Positions 28,865 through 39,237 of a stretch of DNA of 64,000 nucleotides are shown in pieces. The notes beneath the pieces are model-generated. The model made no database searches. It saw only the letters and a program-made list of their open reading frames with translations, and had not been told where the DNA came from. The DNA comes from a virus. The DNA is taken from the IMG/VR virus record IMGVR_UViG_3300045253_000023, positions 97,562-161,561 of that record; one strand, 5' to 3'. The translations under genes were made by a program, and so were the position numbers. Numbering within the stretch: position 1 is the first letter of the stretch; every line of letters starts with the position of its first letter.

Positions 28865-30685
28865 ATGAAGTCAAACATTGTCCGCAAACTCACGGACGTT
28901 GAACACGTTCGCAAGAAGCCTTCAATGTACATCGGTGGTTGTCAGCTTGAGAAGCTGAACCGCTGGACACTTGATGGTGATCAGATTGTTTTCAAGGAAG
29001 TCGAGTTTGTACCTGCGCTCCTCAAGATGTTTGATGAGATCGTGTCCAACTCCATTGATGAAGCAATCCGCACCAACTTCAAGCACGCCAACAAGATCAA
29101 TATCCAAATCAAGCCTGACCACGTCATTGTTGCTGACAATGGGCGTGGCATTCCTGTTGTCGCATCAATCGATGACCCCAATTCCACTTCCGCTGTCATG
29201 GCACTGACCCATCTTCGCGCGGGTGCAAACTTTGAGGATGATGGTGCGGTGTCAATCGGCACGCATGGACTCGGCGCATCACTGGTCAACATCCTGTCGC
29301 GCAAATTCATTGCATGGTCTGATGATGGCAAGAAGCGCCAGCATATCCGTTGCGCTGATCAAATGCGCGAGACCAAGACCTCAATCACCACATCGTTTGC
29401 ATCTGGTGTGTCCATTGAGTATTGGCCTGACTTCTCATTCTTCGATTGCAAGAACATGTCAGGCGACCTGTCAGTGTTGCTGCAAAAGCGTGTCCATGAT
29501 CTGGCGGCAAACTTTCCCCAGATTCAGTTCATGCTCAATGGATCCAAAATCAAGGCAGCCTCCTTCAAGAACTACGTGTCCATGTTGGCACTGCCATTTG
29601 AAATTCATGAGACTGACAAGTTCAAGGTGGCTGTGGTTGCCTCTGAGGAATACAATCAAATCTCCTTTGTCAATGGCATTGACACTTATGAAGGTGGTGC
29701 GCATGTTGACTATGTTCGCGCAGTGCTCATTCCCGAGATTCTTGGACGTCTGAAGAAGAAGTACAAGAAGCTGGACTTGGGCACGCTCGATGTCAAGAGC
29801 AAGCTGACCTTTGTTGTGATGTCAGCATCCATTCCAAAGCCCAAGTTTCGTTCGCAGACCAAGGAATACATCACCAACAGTCCTGCGGAAATGGGCAAGG
29901 TGTTTGCTGGTGTTGCTGATGAGAAGTTTGTTCGACACATCTGCGGCAATGAAGAGATCATCAACAAGATTGTTGAGACCAAGCAGTTCAAGCTGGAGCT
30001 ACAGGAACATCGCGACGCCAATGACAAACAGAAGAACATGAAGAAGGTGCGTGTGCCAAAGCACATCCCTGCTAATGGTGATCCTGCGAAGGCAACTCTG
30101 TTCCTCGTTGAAGGCGACTCAGCAGCTGGTCCATTCACCAAGGCGCGCGATGCCGAGAAACACGGAGCATTCCCGTTGCGTGGCAAGCCTTTGAACACCT
30201 ATGGCGAGAAGCCGAACACAATCCTCGGCAATGCCGAGTTGCTCCAGTTGATGTCGATCCTCAACCTGAAGTTTGGTGATGGACCAGGCACCAAGTTGAA
30301 CTATGGCAAGATCGCGATCATGGCTGATGCCGACGTGGATGGCTATAACATTTGCTGCCTGATGCTGGCCTTCTTCAATCACTGGCCATGGCTCTTCAAA
30401 GAAGGTCGAGTGTTCATTGTGCGTTGCCCGATCATGAAGTGCACCAAGGGCAAGGAGATTCAGCGATTCTATAATCTGGACTCATATGTCAAGGCCAAGA
30501 TTGACTCAACCTGGAAGATCAACTATCTGAAGGGTCTTGGCTCGCTGACGCCTGAAGAATATGAGCTCATGGTGAACCATCCTGTGCTTGAGAAGGTCTC
30601 CTATGACATTGATGCGCCGAAGTATCTTGACATCGCGTTTGGGCCTGATTCCGAAAAGCGCAAAGTCTGGTTGGACAAAATGTAA
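28865..30685 (+). CDS. 39: DNA topoisomerase II large subunit (gp39+gp60 fused)
   Basis: HVRKKPSMYIG, EIVSNSID, DNGRGIP, EGDSA, PLRGK, DADVDG, YLKGLGS. Confidence 0.95.
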   Translation: MKSNIVRKLTDVEHVRKKPSMYIGGCQLEKLNRWTLDGDQIVFKEVEFVPALLKMFDEIVSNSIDEAIRTNFKHANKINIQIKPDHVIVADNGRGIPVVASIDDPNSTSAVMALTHLRAGANFEDDGAVSIGTHGLGASLVNILSRKFIAWSDDGKKRQHIRCADQMRETKTSITTSFASGVSIEYWPDFSFFDCKNMSGDLSVLLQKRVHDLAANFPQIQFMLNGSKIKAASFKNYVSMLALPFEIHETDKFKVAVVASEEYNQISFVNGIDTYEGGAHVDYVRAVLIPEILGRLKKKYKKLDLGTLDVKSKLTFVVMSASIPKPKFRSQTKEYITNSPAEMGKVFAGVADEKFVRHICGNEEIINKIVETKQFKLELQEHRDANDKQKNMKKVRVPKHIPANGDPAKATLFLVEGDSAAGPFTKARDAEKHGAFPLRGKPLNTYGEKPNTILGNAELLQLMSILNLKFGDGPGTKLNYGKIAIMADADVDGYNICCLMLAFFNHWPWLFKEGRVFIVRCPIMKCTKGKEIQRFYNLDSYVKAKIDSTWKINYLKGLGSLTPEEYELMVNHPVLEKVSYDIDAPKYLDIAFGPDSEKRKVWLDKM

Positions 30686-30733
30686 GTGATTGATCTATTG
30701 GCTTGACTTTTGGTTTCAATGGGCGTATAATAC
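30683..30733 (+). promoter_or_regulatory. early promoter P9 between the topoisomerase genes
   Basis: TAAGTGATTGAT box, TTGACT(30703)-17-TATAAT(30726). Confidence 0.88.
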
Positions 30734-30757
30734 CCTCTCTGAATCGGAGTTTACATC

Positions 30758-31039
30758 ATGACTGATCGAAATGAATTGTTGAAAGAATTGCGAATACTGC
30801 CGATGCCGCGCGCTCGTATTGAATCCGATGCATTGCGACGCACCGTCAGCATTTGCGGCGCATCAGTGATCCTCGCTGTTGGTGTCATCTTCGGCCTGTT
30901 CATCACTGCGATCGGCGCATTGTGGGTTCCAACTCCATTGGTGTTGTTCGCAATGAAAGTCGAAGTGACCCTGCTCGGCATCCTGTTGGTTGTGTTTGCT
31001 GGTTCCTTCCTTTTGGGCAAGGTGCTCATCAATGACTGA
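30758..31039 (+). CDS. small two-TM membrane protein
   Basis: GGAG SD; long hydrophobic stretches. Confidence 0.55.
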   Translation: MTDRNELLKELRILPMPRARIESDALRRTVSICGASVILAVGVIFGLFITAIGALWVPTPLVLFAMKVEVTLLGILLVVFAGSFLLGKVLIND

Positions 31040-32348
31040 GATTCGCACTGTTCGGGACATCATTGACACGGAATATCGCGAGTATGCGATGTATGTCATC
31101 AAGAACCGTGCATTGCCTTCCTTTGTGGATGGGCTGAAGCCTTCCACGAGGAAGGTTCTTTTCACGGCCATTCAAAAGGCACGCAACCAGATCAAGACCA
31201 TCTCACTGGTGGGTTACACTGTATCCACAGCAAACTATCACCACGGCGATGACTCTCTTGAAGGCGCCATTGTGACCTTGGCCGCCCCATGGGCAAACAA
31301 CGCGCCTCTCCTCGATGGCGAGGGATCATGGGGAGATCGGTTTGATCATACCCCATCAGCCAGCCGTTACACCAGTGTGCAGCTGTCCAAGAACTTTGAC
31401 AAGTTCTTCAAGGATAATGACATCCTGGAAGCTGACATCGATCCAGAAAACAAAGAACCCTTGTACTATCTGCCACTTATACCATGGGTGTTGGTGAATG
31501 GTGTGAGCGGTGTGGCTGTTGCTTATGCTTGCGATATATTGCCCCGCAAGCCTGCTGACTTGGTCAAGGCTGTTGAGAAGGTGCTCAATGGCCAGAAGGT
31601 CAAGGAAACTGACCTGCCGCCATATTTTGAGGCTCATGAGGGCCAAATCCGATTCAACAAGGACCTTGGCATCTATCAAATGTTCGGCACCTTCAAGCAG
31701 CTGAATGCTTCGGAGTTGCAGATCACCGAGATTCCAATGAAGTATGAGCGCGCAGCCTACATCAAGCACCTTGATGCTCTTGAGGATGCGGGCAAGATCG
31801 CGTTCTACAAGGACAAGTCAAACAAGAATGGCTTCAATTTCCTGATCAAGTTTCCGCGCGGCGGAATGCCGAAGAACGCGGAAGGCATCAACAAGATGTT
31901 CAACCTGGTTCAGAACCTCAATGAGAATTTGACGGTGATCGACCAGAATGACCAGCTGAAGGTGTATGCAAGCGCATCGGAGTTGCTGACTGACTTTGTT
32001 GCATTCAGACTCACCAAGATTGCGGCTCGCCTTGCGTACTACATTGATCGCGATGAGAAGCGTTTGTTGATCATGCAGCGCACATATGAGTTTGTGAAAT
32101 TGGCAATGAAAGGGATCATCGACTTGAAGCAAAAGCGTTCTGCGCTGATTGCTCATCTTGTTGATGCATTCTTCTTCCCCAAGGAAGAGGCTGAGCGTGT
32201 CATCAGCATGCCGATGTACTCACTTTGCGAAGACAAGGTGGAGGAACTCGAAGCTGCTATGAGCGAATTGAAGGTCGACATCAAGAAATGGAAGTCCACT
32301 GACCCAACTGAAACCTATCTGGAAGATGTCGAGGGGATCAAGCTGTGA
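31032..32348 (+). CDS. 52: DNA topoisomerase II medium subunit (gp52)
   Basis: RALPSFVDGLKP, YHHGD, catalytic ASRY, LVNGVSGVA. Confidence 0.95.
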   Translation: MTEIRTVRDIIDTEYREYAMYVIKNRALPSFVDGLKPSTRKVLFTAIQKARNQIKTISLVGYTVSTANYHHGDDSLEGAIVTLAAPWANNAPLLDGEGSWGDRFDHTPSASRYTSVQLSKNFDKFFKDNDILEADIDPENKEPLYYLPLIPWVLVNGVSGVAVAYACDILPRKPADLVKAVEKVLNGQKVKETDLPPYFEAHEGQIRFNKDLGIYQMFGTFKQLNASELQITEIPMKYERAAYIKHLDALEDAGKIAFYKDKSNKNGFNFLIKFPRGGMPKNAEGINKMFNLVQNLNENLTVIDQNDQLKVYASASELLTDFVAFRLTKIAARLAYYIDRDEKRLLIMQRTYEFVKLAMKGIIDLKQKRSALIAHLVDAFFFPKEEAERVISMPMYSLCEDKVEELEAAMSELKVDIKKWKSTDPTETYLEDVEGIKL

Positions 32349-32770
32349 GGGATACCAACTACATTGTGTTGATACCTGCTGTTGATCTTGATCCGCCGCA
32401 TGGGCTTGATCCTCACTCCGAGCGCGACCAGAAGAAGGTTGGCATGTTGCTTCGGGCGTTTGCTCTCAAAGGCTTTAATCCTGCTATGCCCGCACTGGTT
32501 GGCTATCCAAATGGCAAGGGCAGGGTCCAGTTGCTATCTGGAACGCATCGACACATGGCAGCCATGATGCTCAACATGTCACTGCCTGTTACAATCTGGC
32601 CTCGTGCTTATGTGGAGTGCGCATGGGGCACCGAGTACTGGCAAACAATCATTCGTGATATTGCCGTTGCTGAGCTCAAGAACGTCAAGGCTGTCACTGG
32701 TGACCTGATGGATGTGCTGCCTGATCCAGTTGATCCCACCGAATTCGACTATCGAGAACACACATGCTGA
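32345..32770 (+). CDS. ParB-like domain protein
   Basis: PALVG...QLLSGTHRHMAA motif. Confidence 0.55.
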   Translation: MRDTNYIVLIPAVDLDPPHGLDPHSERDQKKVGMLLRAFALKGFNPAMPALVGYPNGKGRVQLLSGTHRHMAAMMLNMSLPVTIWPRAYVECAWGTEYWQTIIRDIAVAELKNVKAVTGDLMDVLPDPVDPTEFDYREHTC

Positions 32771-33315
32771 CCGCAATCCTCGCAACGACTCGTCATGGTG
32801 GCCTTGGTTACCAAGGCGACATTCCATGGCGCAAGGCAGGCATCGCCAAAGAGATCACTCAACCTGACATGAACATCTTCCGCAAGTACACTGATGGCAA
32901 GCTGTGCTTGTTTGGTCGAAAGACCTATCTGGGCATGCGCGGCAATCGCCTTGATGCCACCCCATTGCTGCCCAATCGTCGCACTTGGGTGATTGGTACA
33001 ACCCCAATCAAGGAATTGAGCTCAGCGGACACCCAGTTCGACTCTCTCGACAATCTCAAGGCTGCACTGGCAACGTTGCCTGTTGAACAGGAAGTGGTCG
33101 TCTGCGGTGGTCTCGCACTGTACGATGCGCTGCTATCTCAGATTGACAAAATCATCTGGAATTGCTTCGCATTTGACTGCCCATTTGACGTCCAATGGCC
33201 GCATCATCCAACTCACCTTGAGCAAATGGGATTCGTGCTGACCTATCGTCAGATCGTCTCCCCTGTTCTGGGCACCGCAATTTTCTATCGTGAAGGCACA
33301 AAGGCTCCTTGGTGA
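32764..33315 (+). CDS. frd: dihydrofolate reductase
   Basis: GLGYQGDIPW, DMNIFRKYT, FGRKTY, LPNR, VCGGLALY. Confidence 0.9.
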   Translation: MLTAILATTRHGGLGYQGDIPWRKAGIAKEITQPDMNIFRKYTDGKLCLFGRKTYLGMRGNRLDATPLLPNRRTWVIGTTPIKELSSADTQFDSLDNLKAALATLPVEQEVVVCGGLALYDALLSQIDKIIWNCFAFDCPFDVQWPHHPTHLEQMGFVLTYRQIVSPVLGTAIFYREGTKAPW

Positions 33316-33318
33316 CAT

Positions 33319-34221
33319 ATGATCATTCTTGACTTCTCGCAGGTTGTTCATGCTCAGATCGCAATTGAGTTTGAACGCAACAAGAACCAAACAGTGAATG
33401 AGGATGTGCTCAGGCACATGATCCTCAATCAGATTCGCGCGCTGAATGTGAAGTTCCGCGACAAATTCGGCAAGATGATCATTGCTATAGATGGCCGAAA
33501 CTACTGGCGCAAGCAGGAGTTTGAATTCTACAAGGCCAACCGCAAGATTGCTCAGAAGAAAAGCCTGGTGGATTGGACAGCTATCTATCCCATAGTGAAC
33601 ACGATTCGTGAAGAGATCAAGGCCAATTTGCCACTTGCCTACATCGAGATCGAAAGCGCAGAAGCCGATGACATCATCGCCACTGCCGCAAAGCTGGCTG
33701 GATCATCCATTGATCTGTTGATCATCTCATCTGACAAGGACTTCCGTCAGCTTCAGGTCTTCCCAAAGGTCAGGCAGTGGTCGCCGATCCAGGACAAGTT
33801 CATCATCGAGAAGTTCCCACTTGAGTATCTCCATCAGCATGTGATTGGTGGCGATGCTGGTGATGGCATTCCTGATGTGATCAAGCCTCTTGACTACTAT
33901 GTCAACAAGCCAGCCAAGATTCCAAAGATGAGCGAGAAGAGACGCAGGCAGCTGCGCAGCTGGTTCCATCTCGATCCTCAGCATGGCTATGCGCTGAACT
34001 TCTCATTGGATTGTCCTGAGGACATGAAGAAGCGTCTGAGCCTCAACAACACACTGGTCAATCTGGTTTCTGGCAGCATGCCGCCATTCCAAGCCATTGC
34101 CAATGAACTCCTGAATGCCCATGCGAAACCAACTGGACGTTCACCACTGTTCTACTTCAACCAACATGGATTGAAACAGCTTGCCTCGAAGGTGACTGAC
34201 TTCTATCCAAGAGGAATTTGA
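33319..34221 (+). CDS. rnh: T4-type RNase H (5'-3' exonuclease)
   Basis: IILDFSQ, NYWRK...YKANR, EADDII, SSDKDFRQL, GDAGDGIP. Confidence 0.92.
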   Translation: MIILDFSQVVHAQIAIEFERNKNQTVNEDVLRHMILNQIRALNVKFRDKFGKMIIAIDGRNYWRKQEFEFYKANRKIAQKKSLVDWTAIYPIVNTIREEIKANLPLAYIEIESAEADDIIATAAKLAGSSIDLLIISSDKDFRQLQVFPKVRQWSPIQDKFIIEKFPLEYLHQHVIGGDAGDGIPDVIKPLDYYVNKPAKIPKMSEKRRRQLRSWFHLDPQHGYALNFSLDCPEDMKKRLSLNNTLVNLVSGSMPPFQAIANELLNAHAKPTGRSPLFYFNQHGLKQLASKVTDFYPRGI

Positions 34222-34844
34222 TCATGATCAAGAACAAAGCATCCGTCATGTTTGACTTGGATGACACTCTCGCCCATCTGGCACCTGCGTTCTCTGACTT
34301 TGTTGCTGATGAAACAGGGCGCACTGAGCTCAAGGACAATCTGGATAAGTGGAACATCTATCCAGACCTGAGTGGTGTGTATCCTGGCCTCAACATCCAT
34401 GAACTGTTCCTGGAGTTTGAACGCAAGGGCCACATGCACAAACTCAAGCCAACCATTCTCAGCAAATTGCTGCATGCCTGCAACAATGGCGGTCGACGCA
34501 TCCATGTAGTCACTGCACGAGGCTGGATGAAGGATGGTGTGGACATCACCAAGCACTGGTTGCGTGAGAACAACATCCCATATCACTCTCTTGATCTGGT
34601 GAATCTGGACTTCTCCAAGACTGACCTGATCAAAGCACGCATGGATGATGGTGAGCACTTCGATACCATTGTTGAAGACAATGTCAAGCATCTGAATGAA
34701 TTGTCTGATCTGGTCAAGTATCAAGTGATTGTGGATCAACCCTGGAATCGCACCATCAGGAACAACAAACTCACTGGAAAATATGGCAATGGCGCAGTTC
34801 GCGTTTATCCTCATTCTAAGTCACTGAATCAGAAAGAAATTTAG
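34218..34844 (+). CDS. HAD-family 5'(3')-deoxyribonucleotidase-like protein
   Basis: FDLDDTL, VVTAR, VEDN, DQPWN. Confidence 0.8.
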   Translation: MIMIKNKASVMFDLDDTLAHLAPAFSDFVADETGRTELKDNLDKWNIYPDLSGVYPGLNIHELFLEFERKGHMHKLKPTILSKLLHACNNGGRRIHVVTARGWMKDGVDITKHWLRENNIPYHSLDLVNLDFSKTDLIKARMDDGEHFDTIVEDNVKHLNELSDLVKYQVIVDQPWNRTIRNNKLTGKYGNGAVRVYPHSKSLNQKEI

Positions 34845-34879
34845 TGCTTGACTTTCTGGTCCAACAGGCGTAGAATAGT
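34817..34879 (+). promoter_or_regulatory. early promoter module P10
   Basis: TAAGTCACTGA, GAAATTTAGTGC-TTGACT(34848)-17-TAGAAT(34871). Confidence 0.88.
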
Positions 34880-35105
34880 TTCTATCAATCAAGAGGCATC
34901 GTCATGATCTACGGAATTCAGAACCAAAGCAAGCGTTGGTTTCATGGTTACGACTGGATGACTGGTCGAACGATATTTGGCACCAAGGCATGGGCTTTGT
35001 TTTTCAGTACACGAAAGGCAGCCCAAACAGCATTAAATCGTATCAGTGCTGTTGATTATGTTGATTGCAAGTATCACGACTACACCATCAAGGATGTCAG
35101 ATAAC

Positions 35106-36452
35106 ATGAAACCAGAGAACGTAAAGTACACCAACATGTTTGTGACGGAAGTGCTCGACAAGCTACGAGCCACCACATCCACGTTGGACAAGAAGGCGAT
35201 TTTGGCTGAGGCAATTCCAAAGACGCCAATGTTCAAGGAGTTTCTGCTTGCGGTGTTCAATCCGCATGTTCAGTACTTCATCAAGAAGATTCCCGAGTAC
35301 AAGACTCGCAAGGACCAGGGTGAATATCCACTGTCCAGAATCTTCAAGCATGACCTGCTCAAGCCTCTCTACACACGCGCTCGCACTGGCAAAGAGGGCA
35401 TCAAGTACCTCACACAGATGCTTGAGGACCTTGATCCTCGTGATGCGAAGGCACTGGAGCACATCATCCTGCGCGACTTGCGCTGCGGCACTGGTGTTGA
35501 TCTGATCAACAAGGTTCACAAGAACCTCATTCCAGTGTTTCCCTGCATGCTGTGCACCCCATACGATGACGACCTGGGACTCAAGTTTCCTTTTCCAGCC
35601 GTATCACAATTGAAGTGTGATGGACTGCGCGCAGCAATCATCATCGATGAGAACCGTGTTGAAGTCAAGAGCCGCAAGGGTCTTGATCTGAATTTGGGTT
35701 CTGTGTTTGATTTCCTGCCTGCCAAGATTGGCAGCGGCCTGGTGTTGGATGGCGAAATTCTGGTGCGCGATCCATCTGAAGAAGGCAAGTTCCTGCCGCG
35801 CAAGATTGGCAATGGAATCATCAATAAGTGCTCCAAAGGCACCGCAACCGAAGCTGAGAAGAAGCAGGTTGTGATGATTGTGTTTGACATCATTCGTCTT
35901 GATGAATTCAAGAAGAACATTCCATGGAACGTGCCATATGCGGAACGTTTCAAGATGATCGATAAGCTGGTCAAGAAGGCCAGTGACTCGCGTCTGGAAC
36001 TGGTTGAAACCCGCATTGTTGGCAGCATGAATGAAGCCAAACAGCACTTCACCAATGTGGTGGAGCGCGGTCTCGAAGGCACAATCCTCAAAACTGTCGA
36101 TGGCATCTGGAAAGACGGTCGCCCAAACTATCAACTCAAGCTGAAGTTGGAGAATGAGTGCGACCTGTTGATCAAAGGAGTCACCGAAGGAAAGGGAAAA
36201 TACAAGGGCAAACTCGGAACCTTAGACTGCGTGTCCGCCGATGGTTTGCTCAGTGTAAGCGTAAGTGGGATGACCGACGAAGAGCGAGACACGTGGTGGA
36301 AGAATAAGGAACTCGTTGTCGGTCACATTCTCGCTGTCAAGTACAATGAGAAAATCACCAATGCTGCTGGTGGATGGAGTTTGTTCCTACCGCGCATCAT
36401 CGAGATTCGTACTGACAAAGACACCGCCGACAATCTTGGAGACATCAAATGA
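35106..36452 (+). CDS. 30: ATP-dependent DNA ligase (gp30)
   Basis: QLKCDGLR, LDGEIL, VFDII, EGTILK, LKLK, SLFLPR. Confidence 0.93.
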   Translation: MKPENVKYTNMFVTEVLDKLRATTSTLDKKAILAEAIPKTPMFKEFLLAVFNPHVQYFIKKIPEYKTRKDQGEYPLSRIFKHDLLKPLYTRARTGKEGIKYLTQMLEDLDPRDAKALEHIILRDLRCGTGVDLINKVHKNLIPVFPCMLCTPYDDDLGLKFPFPAVSQLKCDGLRAAIIIDENRVEVKSRKGLDLNLGSVFDFLPAKIGSGLVLDGEILVRDPSEEGKFLPRKIGNGIINKCSKGTATEAEKKQVVMIVFDIIRLDEFKKNIPWNVPYAERFKMIDKLVKKASDSRLELVETRIVGSMNEAKQHFTNVVERGLEGTILKTVDGIWKDGRPNYQLKLKLENECDLLIKGVTEGKGKYKGKLGTLDCVSADGLLSVSVSGMTDEERDTWWKNKELVVGHILAVKYNEKITNAAGGWSLFLPRIIEIRTDKDTADNLGDIK

Positions 36453-36892
36453 GCATGCGCGGTTACAAACCACCTGTTGATCTTTCTGTTGTTACCATCG
36501 ATGGATTGAAGTATAGCAAGGCAATCATCGAAAAACTCTTGCCTCCGTTGAAGGCAACACCAGCAGTGATCATCAATGGTCGTTCCTATTCCATCTTGGA
36601 CATCAAGAACAAACTCCAGCCAATACATGAATACAAGGTTGGCAACATCGTGGAATGTCGAACACACGCCGACAGACGCTACACATTTGTCATTGTTCAC
36701 TCTGGTGATGCTGAGGTTGTTTTGATCAACCTGAAAGATGGAAATGTCTGGGAACCTCATTGCGGCACCACGATGAATTCAAGTGGTGTTATTTCTGGTG
36801 CTGATCTGTTGTTTGGCAATTTGAACGTCACCAATGTTTGGTCAAACATCAAAGATTGGCTCAACCAGACAAATGGATTCAGTTGCAGTTAA
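36449..36892 (+). CDS. hypothetical protein, paralog 1 of tandem triplet
   Basis: IDGLKY...INGRSY...YKVGNIVE...LKDGNVW. Confidence 0.65.
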   Translation: MSMRGYKPPVDLSVVTIDGLKYSKAIIEKLLPPLKATPAVIINGRSYSILDIKNKLQPIHEYKVGNIVECRTHADRRYTFVIVHSGDAEVVLINLKDGNVWEPHCGTTMNSSGVISGADLLFGNLNVTNVWSNIKDWLNQTNGFSCS

Positions 36893-36922
36893 ACCACACA
36901 ACATTGTAGGAATCACATACAT

Positions 36923-37381
36923 ATGAAAACGAAAAGTGCTCCACTGAATGAAGAAGCGAAGTTGATTGACCATGGCACTGTTGTTGAGATTGACGGCAAG
37001 CGTTATGATCGTCGAGCCATCGAACAGCTGCCTCCGATCAAGCTACCGCGCACAATCACCATTGGCGCGCTGCATTACTCTGTTGAGACCATTCAACGCA
37101 ATGTCACACCCATTGTAGAATACTATGTTGGCAATGTTGTTGAATTTGTTGTTGATGGTGATGATCCTGATGATAAGGTGTTCACATCAATCATTGCTCG
37201 AGTTGGTCCAGGTTTAGTTGGAATGGTTTCTTTGGAAGATGGCAATCTTTGGGATCATCTCAATTTCGTTGAATTGCCTGTTGGACAAAGACCAATTGAA
37301 CACACGAAACTGTTTTCTGGTCTGACCATCGTAAGAAAATACGAAGATGTCAAAACATGGAGCAGGTCAAACAGAAACTAA
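36923..37381 (+). CDS. hypothetical protein, paralog 2 of tandem triplet
   Basis: IDGKRY...YYVGNVVE...ARV...LEDGNLW. Confidence 0.65.
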   Translation: MKTKSAPLNEEAKLIDHGTVVEIDGKRYDRRAIEQLPPIKLPRTITIGALHYSVETIQRNVTPIVEYYVGNVVEFVVDGDDPDDKVFTSIIARVGPGLVGMVSLEDGNLWDHLNFVELPVGQRPIEHTKLFSGLTIVRKYEDVKTWSRSNRN

Positions 37382-37833
37382 TGCCCTCAATCCGGAGTCA
37401 AACAATCATGAAACGTGTACGTTCTTCCCGCAGCTTCGACAATGTCATTGAACAAGCCATTCAACCTGGTCCAGCCACAATCAGGATCGATGGCAAGCAA
37501 TATCTGATTCAGGACATTGTCAAGTCATGCAGGCCTCTGGTGGAAATCAAAATTGGTTGCGTCGTTGAGATGCTTGATGAGCGTCCTGGCGACAGAACCT
37601 CAACCAACCATTACTTTGTTGCTCGTGTCGCAAGAGACCAGATTGGTTTGGTTGCTGTCACTGATGGCAATCTCTGGAGTTCGAGAAACACAATCACACT
37701 CACTTCCGTCAAGGCTGTTATTTCTGAGCCTGAGCGCCTCATCAGAGGCATGTCTGGTGCAAAGAAATTTGGTCGCATCTGGCCAAGTCTCGAAGCATAC
37801 TTCGCTGACAAAGACAGGGTCACTTCCCTATGA
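37357..37833 (+). CDS. hypothetical protein, paralog 3 of tandem triplet
   Basis: IDGKQY...IKIGCVVE...ARV...VTDGNLW. Confidence 0.65.
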   Translation: MEQVKQKLMPSIRSQTIMKRVRSSRSFDNVIEQAIQPGPATIRIDGKQYLIQDIVKSCRPLVEIKIGCVVEMLDERPGDRTSTNHYFVARVARDQIGLVAVTDGNLWSSRNTITLTSVKAVISEPERLIRGMSGAKKFGRIWPSLEAYFADKDRVTSL

Positions 37834-38313
37834 ACAAGGCCCAGTTGGTTCTTGCTGCACAACAGGAAGTCCTTCAAGACCTCCTAGAATATGAAGGTGG
37901 TGAGATGCAAAGCATGCAAGAATCATTTGCTTGTCATGCTCACAACACAACCATCATCACATATGCCAACAAGATTGGCGTCCAACTTGATCTGTCCAAG
38001 ACAGGTCGCAGTCCATAACACAGGAGTTGAAGTACCATGAGTTCGGAAGAAGACCGCAGCCGCCGAAACAAGCGCCTGAAAGTCAAGAATTCGCATCACG
38101 CATCCCACAAACATGATGGTGCGCCCAAGAAGAAATTGGAACCGCATCATCGCCATGGCCGAATCGACAATGTGCTTCATGAAATTGTCGGCACGGAAAA
38201 GGCAGCAGTCAATGGGAGATTGTCACTTGATCTCCAAATAGATACTGAGTAGTCCGATCGGCTTCTCTGTATAAGTAACATCCATCGTGTATCTCAATTG
38301 AGGAGTAACAACC

Positions 38314-38958
38314 ATGAAATTCAAGTTCTATTCAATCTTGTTTGCCATTGTGGCAGCTGTATCCTTCGCAGGATCAGCATTTGCACAGGTAGCAGAATCA
38401 GTTCCTGCTGATGCTCTGTCCTACACATACGTGCAAGGCGCATATCAGTACGACAACATCAACGGCGCAAATGCAGTCAACACCCATGGTGGTGCTGTCA
38501 ATGCTTCCGTGAATCTTGGCACATCGCCATTCTTCGTTGTTGGTAGCTTCGATCGATTGTCCGACGCCAATGCCTTTGCTGGTGGTGTTGACACATATCG
38601 TCTCGGTGCTGGTCTCCATGTTCCTCTGGCCTTGTCGGTGGATGCTTATGGAACCGCTGGTGTATTGAAGACTTCAGTGACTGCTGTTGATCCAAACAGT
38701 CAGTTCAACATCACCATTCCACGTGACTTCACGACCTATGGATATGATTTTGAGGCAGGCTTGCGAGCCGCACTCACAGATCGCATTCAGGTCAAGGGTG
38801 GAGTTCAAGAAGAGCGTTTGACGCGCACTTCTGATTGGACGACATATGGTTTGGGTGAAGTCTTGTTCAAGGTGACAAATCATGTGGACTTGGTGGGTGC
38901 ATTGCGTGCCAATCAGGATGATCGCATCTTGTCAGGTGGAGTTCGAGTCGAACTGTAA
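38314..38958 (+). CDS. outer-membrane beta-barrel protein (Ax21/YfaZ-like)
   Basis: Sec signal peptide ending AFA; LSYTYVQGAY start; alternating amphipathic beta-strands. Confidence 0.75.
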   Translation: MKFKFYSILFAIVAAVSFAGSAFAQVAESVPADALSYTYVQGAYQYDNINGANAVNTHGGAVNASVNLGTSPFFVVGSFDRLSDANAFAGGVDTYRLGAGLHVPLALSVDAYGTAGVLKTSVTAVDPNSQFNITIPRDFTTYGYDFEAGLRAALTDRIQVKGGVQEERLTRTSDWTTYGLGEVLFKVTNHVDLVGALRANQDDRILSGGVRVEL

Positions 38959-38991
38959 GCCTTGAATTATTAGAGTGACATAATGTAATTG

Positions 38992-39020
38992 ACAAGGCCG
39001 CAGCAATGCGGCCTTGTTTG
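38992..39020 (+). terminator. rho-independent terminator
   Basis: ACAAGGCCGCA-GCAA-TGCGGCCTTGT followed by TTG. Confidence 0.75.
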
Positions 39021-39237
39021 TCTCACAGTCAAATCCCAGTCTCGATGGAGTATGCCAACATGCTTACCATGTCTCCTGCTGAATTTGAACAACTCCCTGA
39101 TGTTTCGGTGGGTCAACTCTTTGACAACCACATCGGCGAGTACAAACTTTCCAACTCAGTTGCTGTTCACGTCAGTGTGAAAGCGAATGGGCGCAAGTCC
39201 CTCATCTTTGAACCAGTCCAACTTCGCAAGCATTCTC

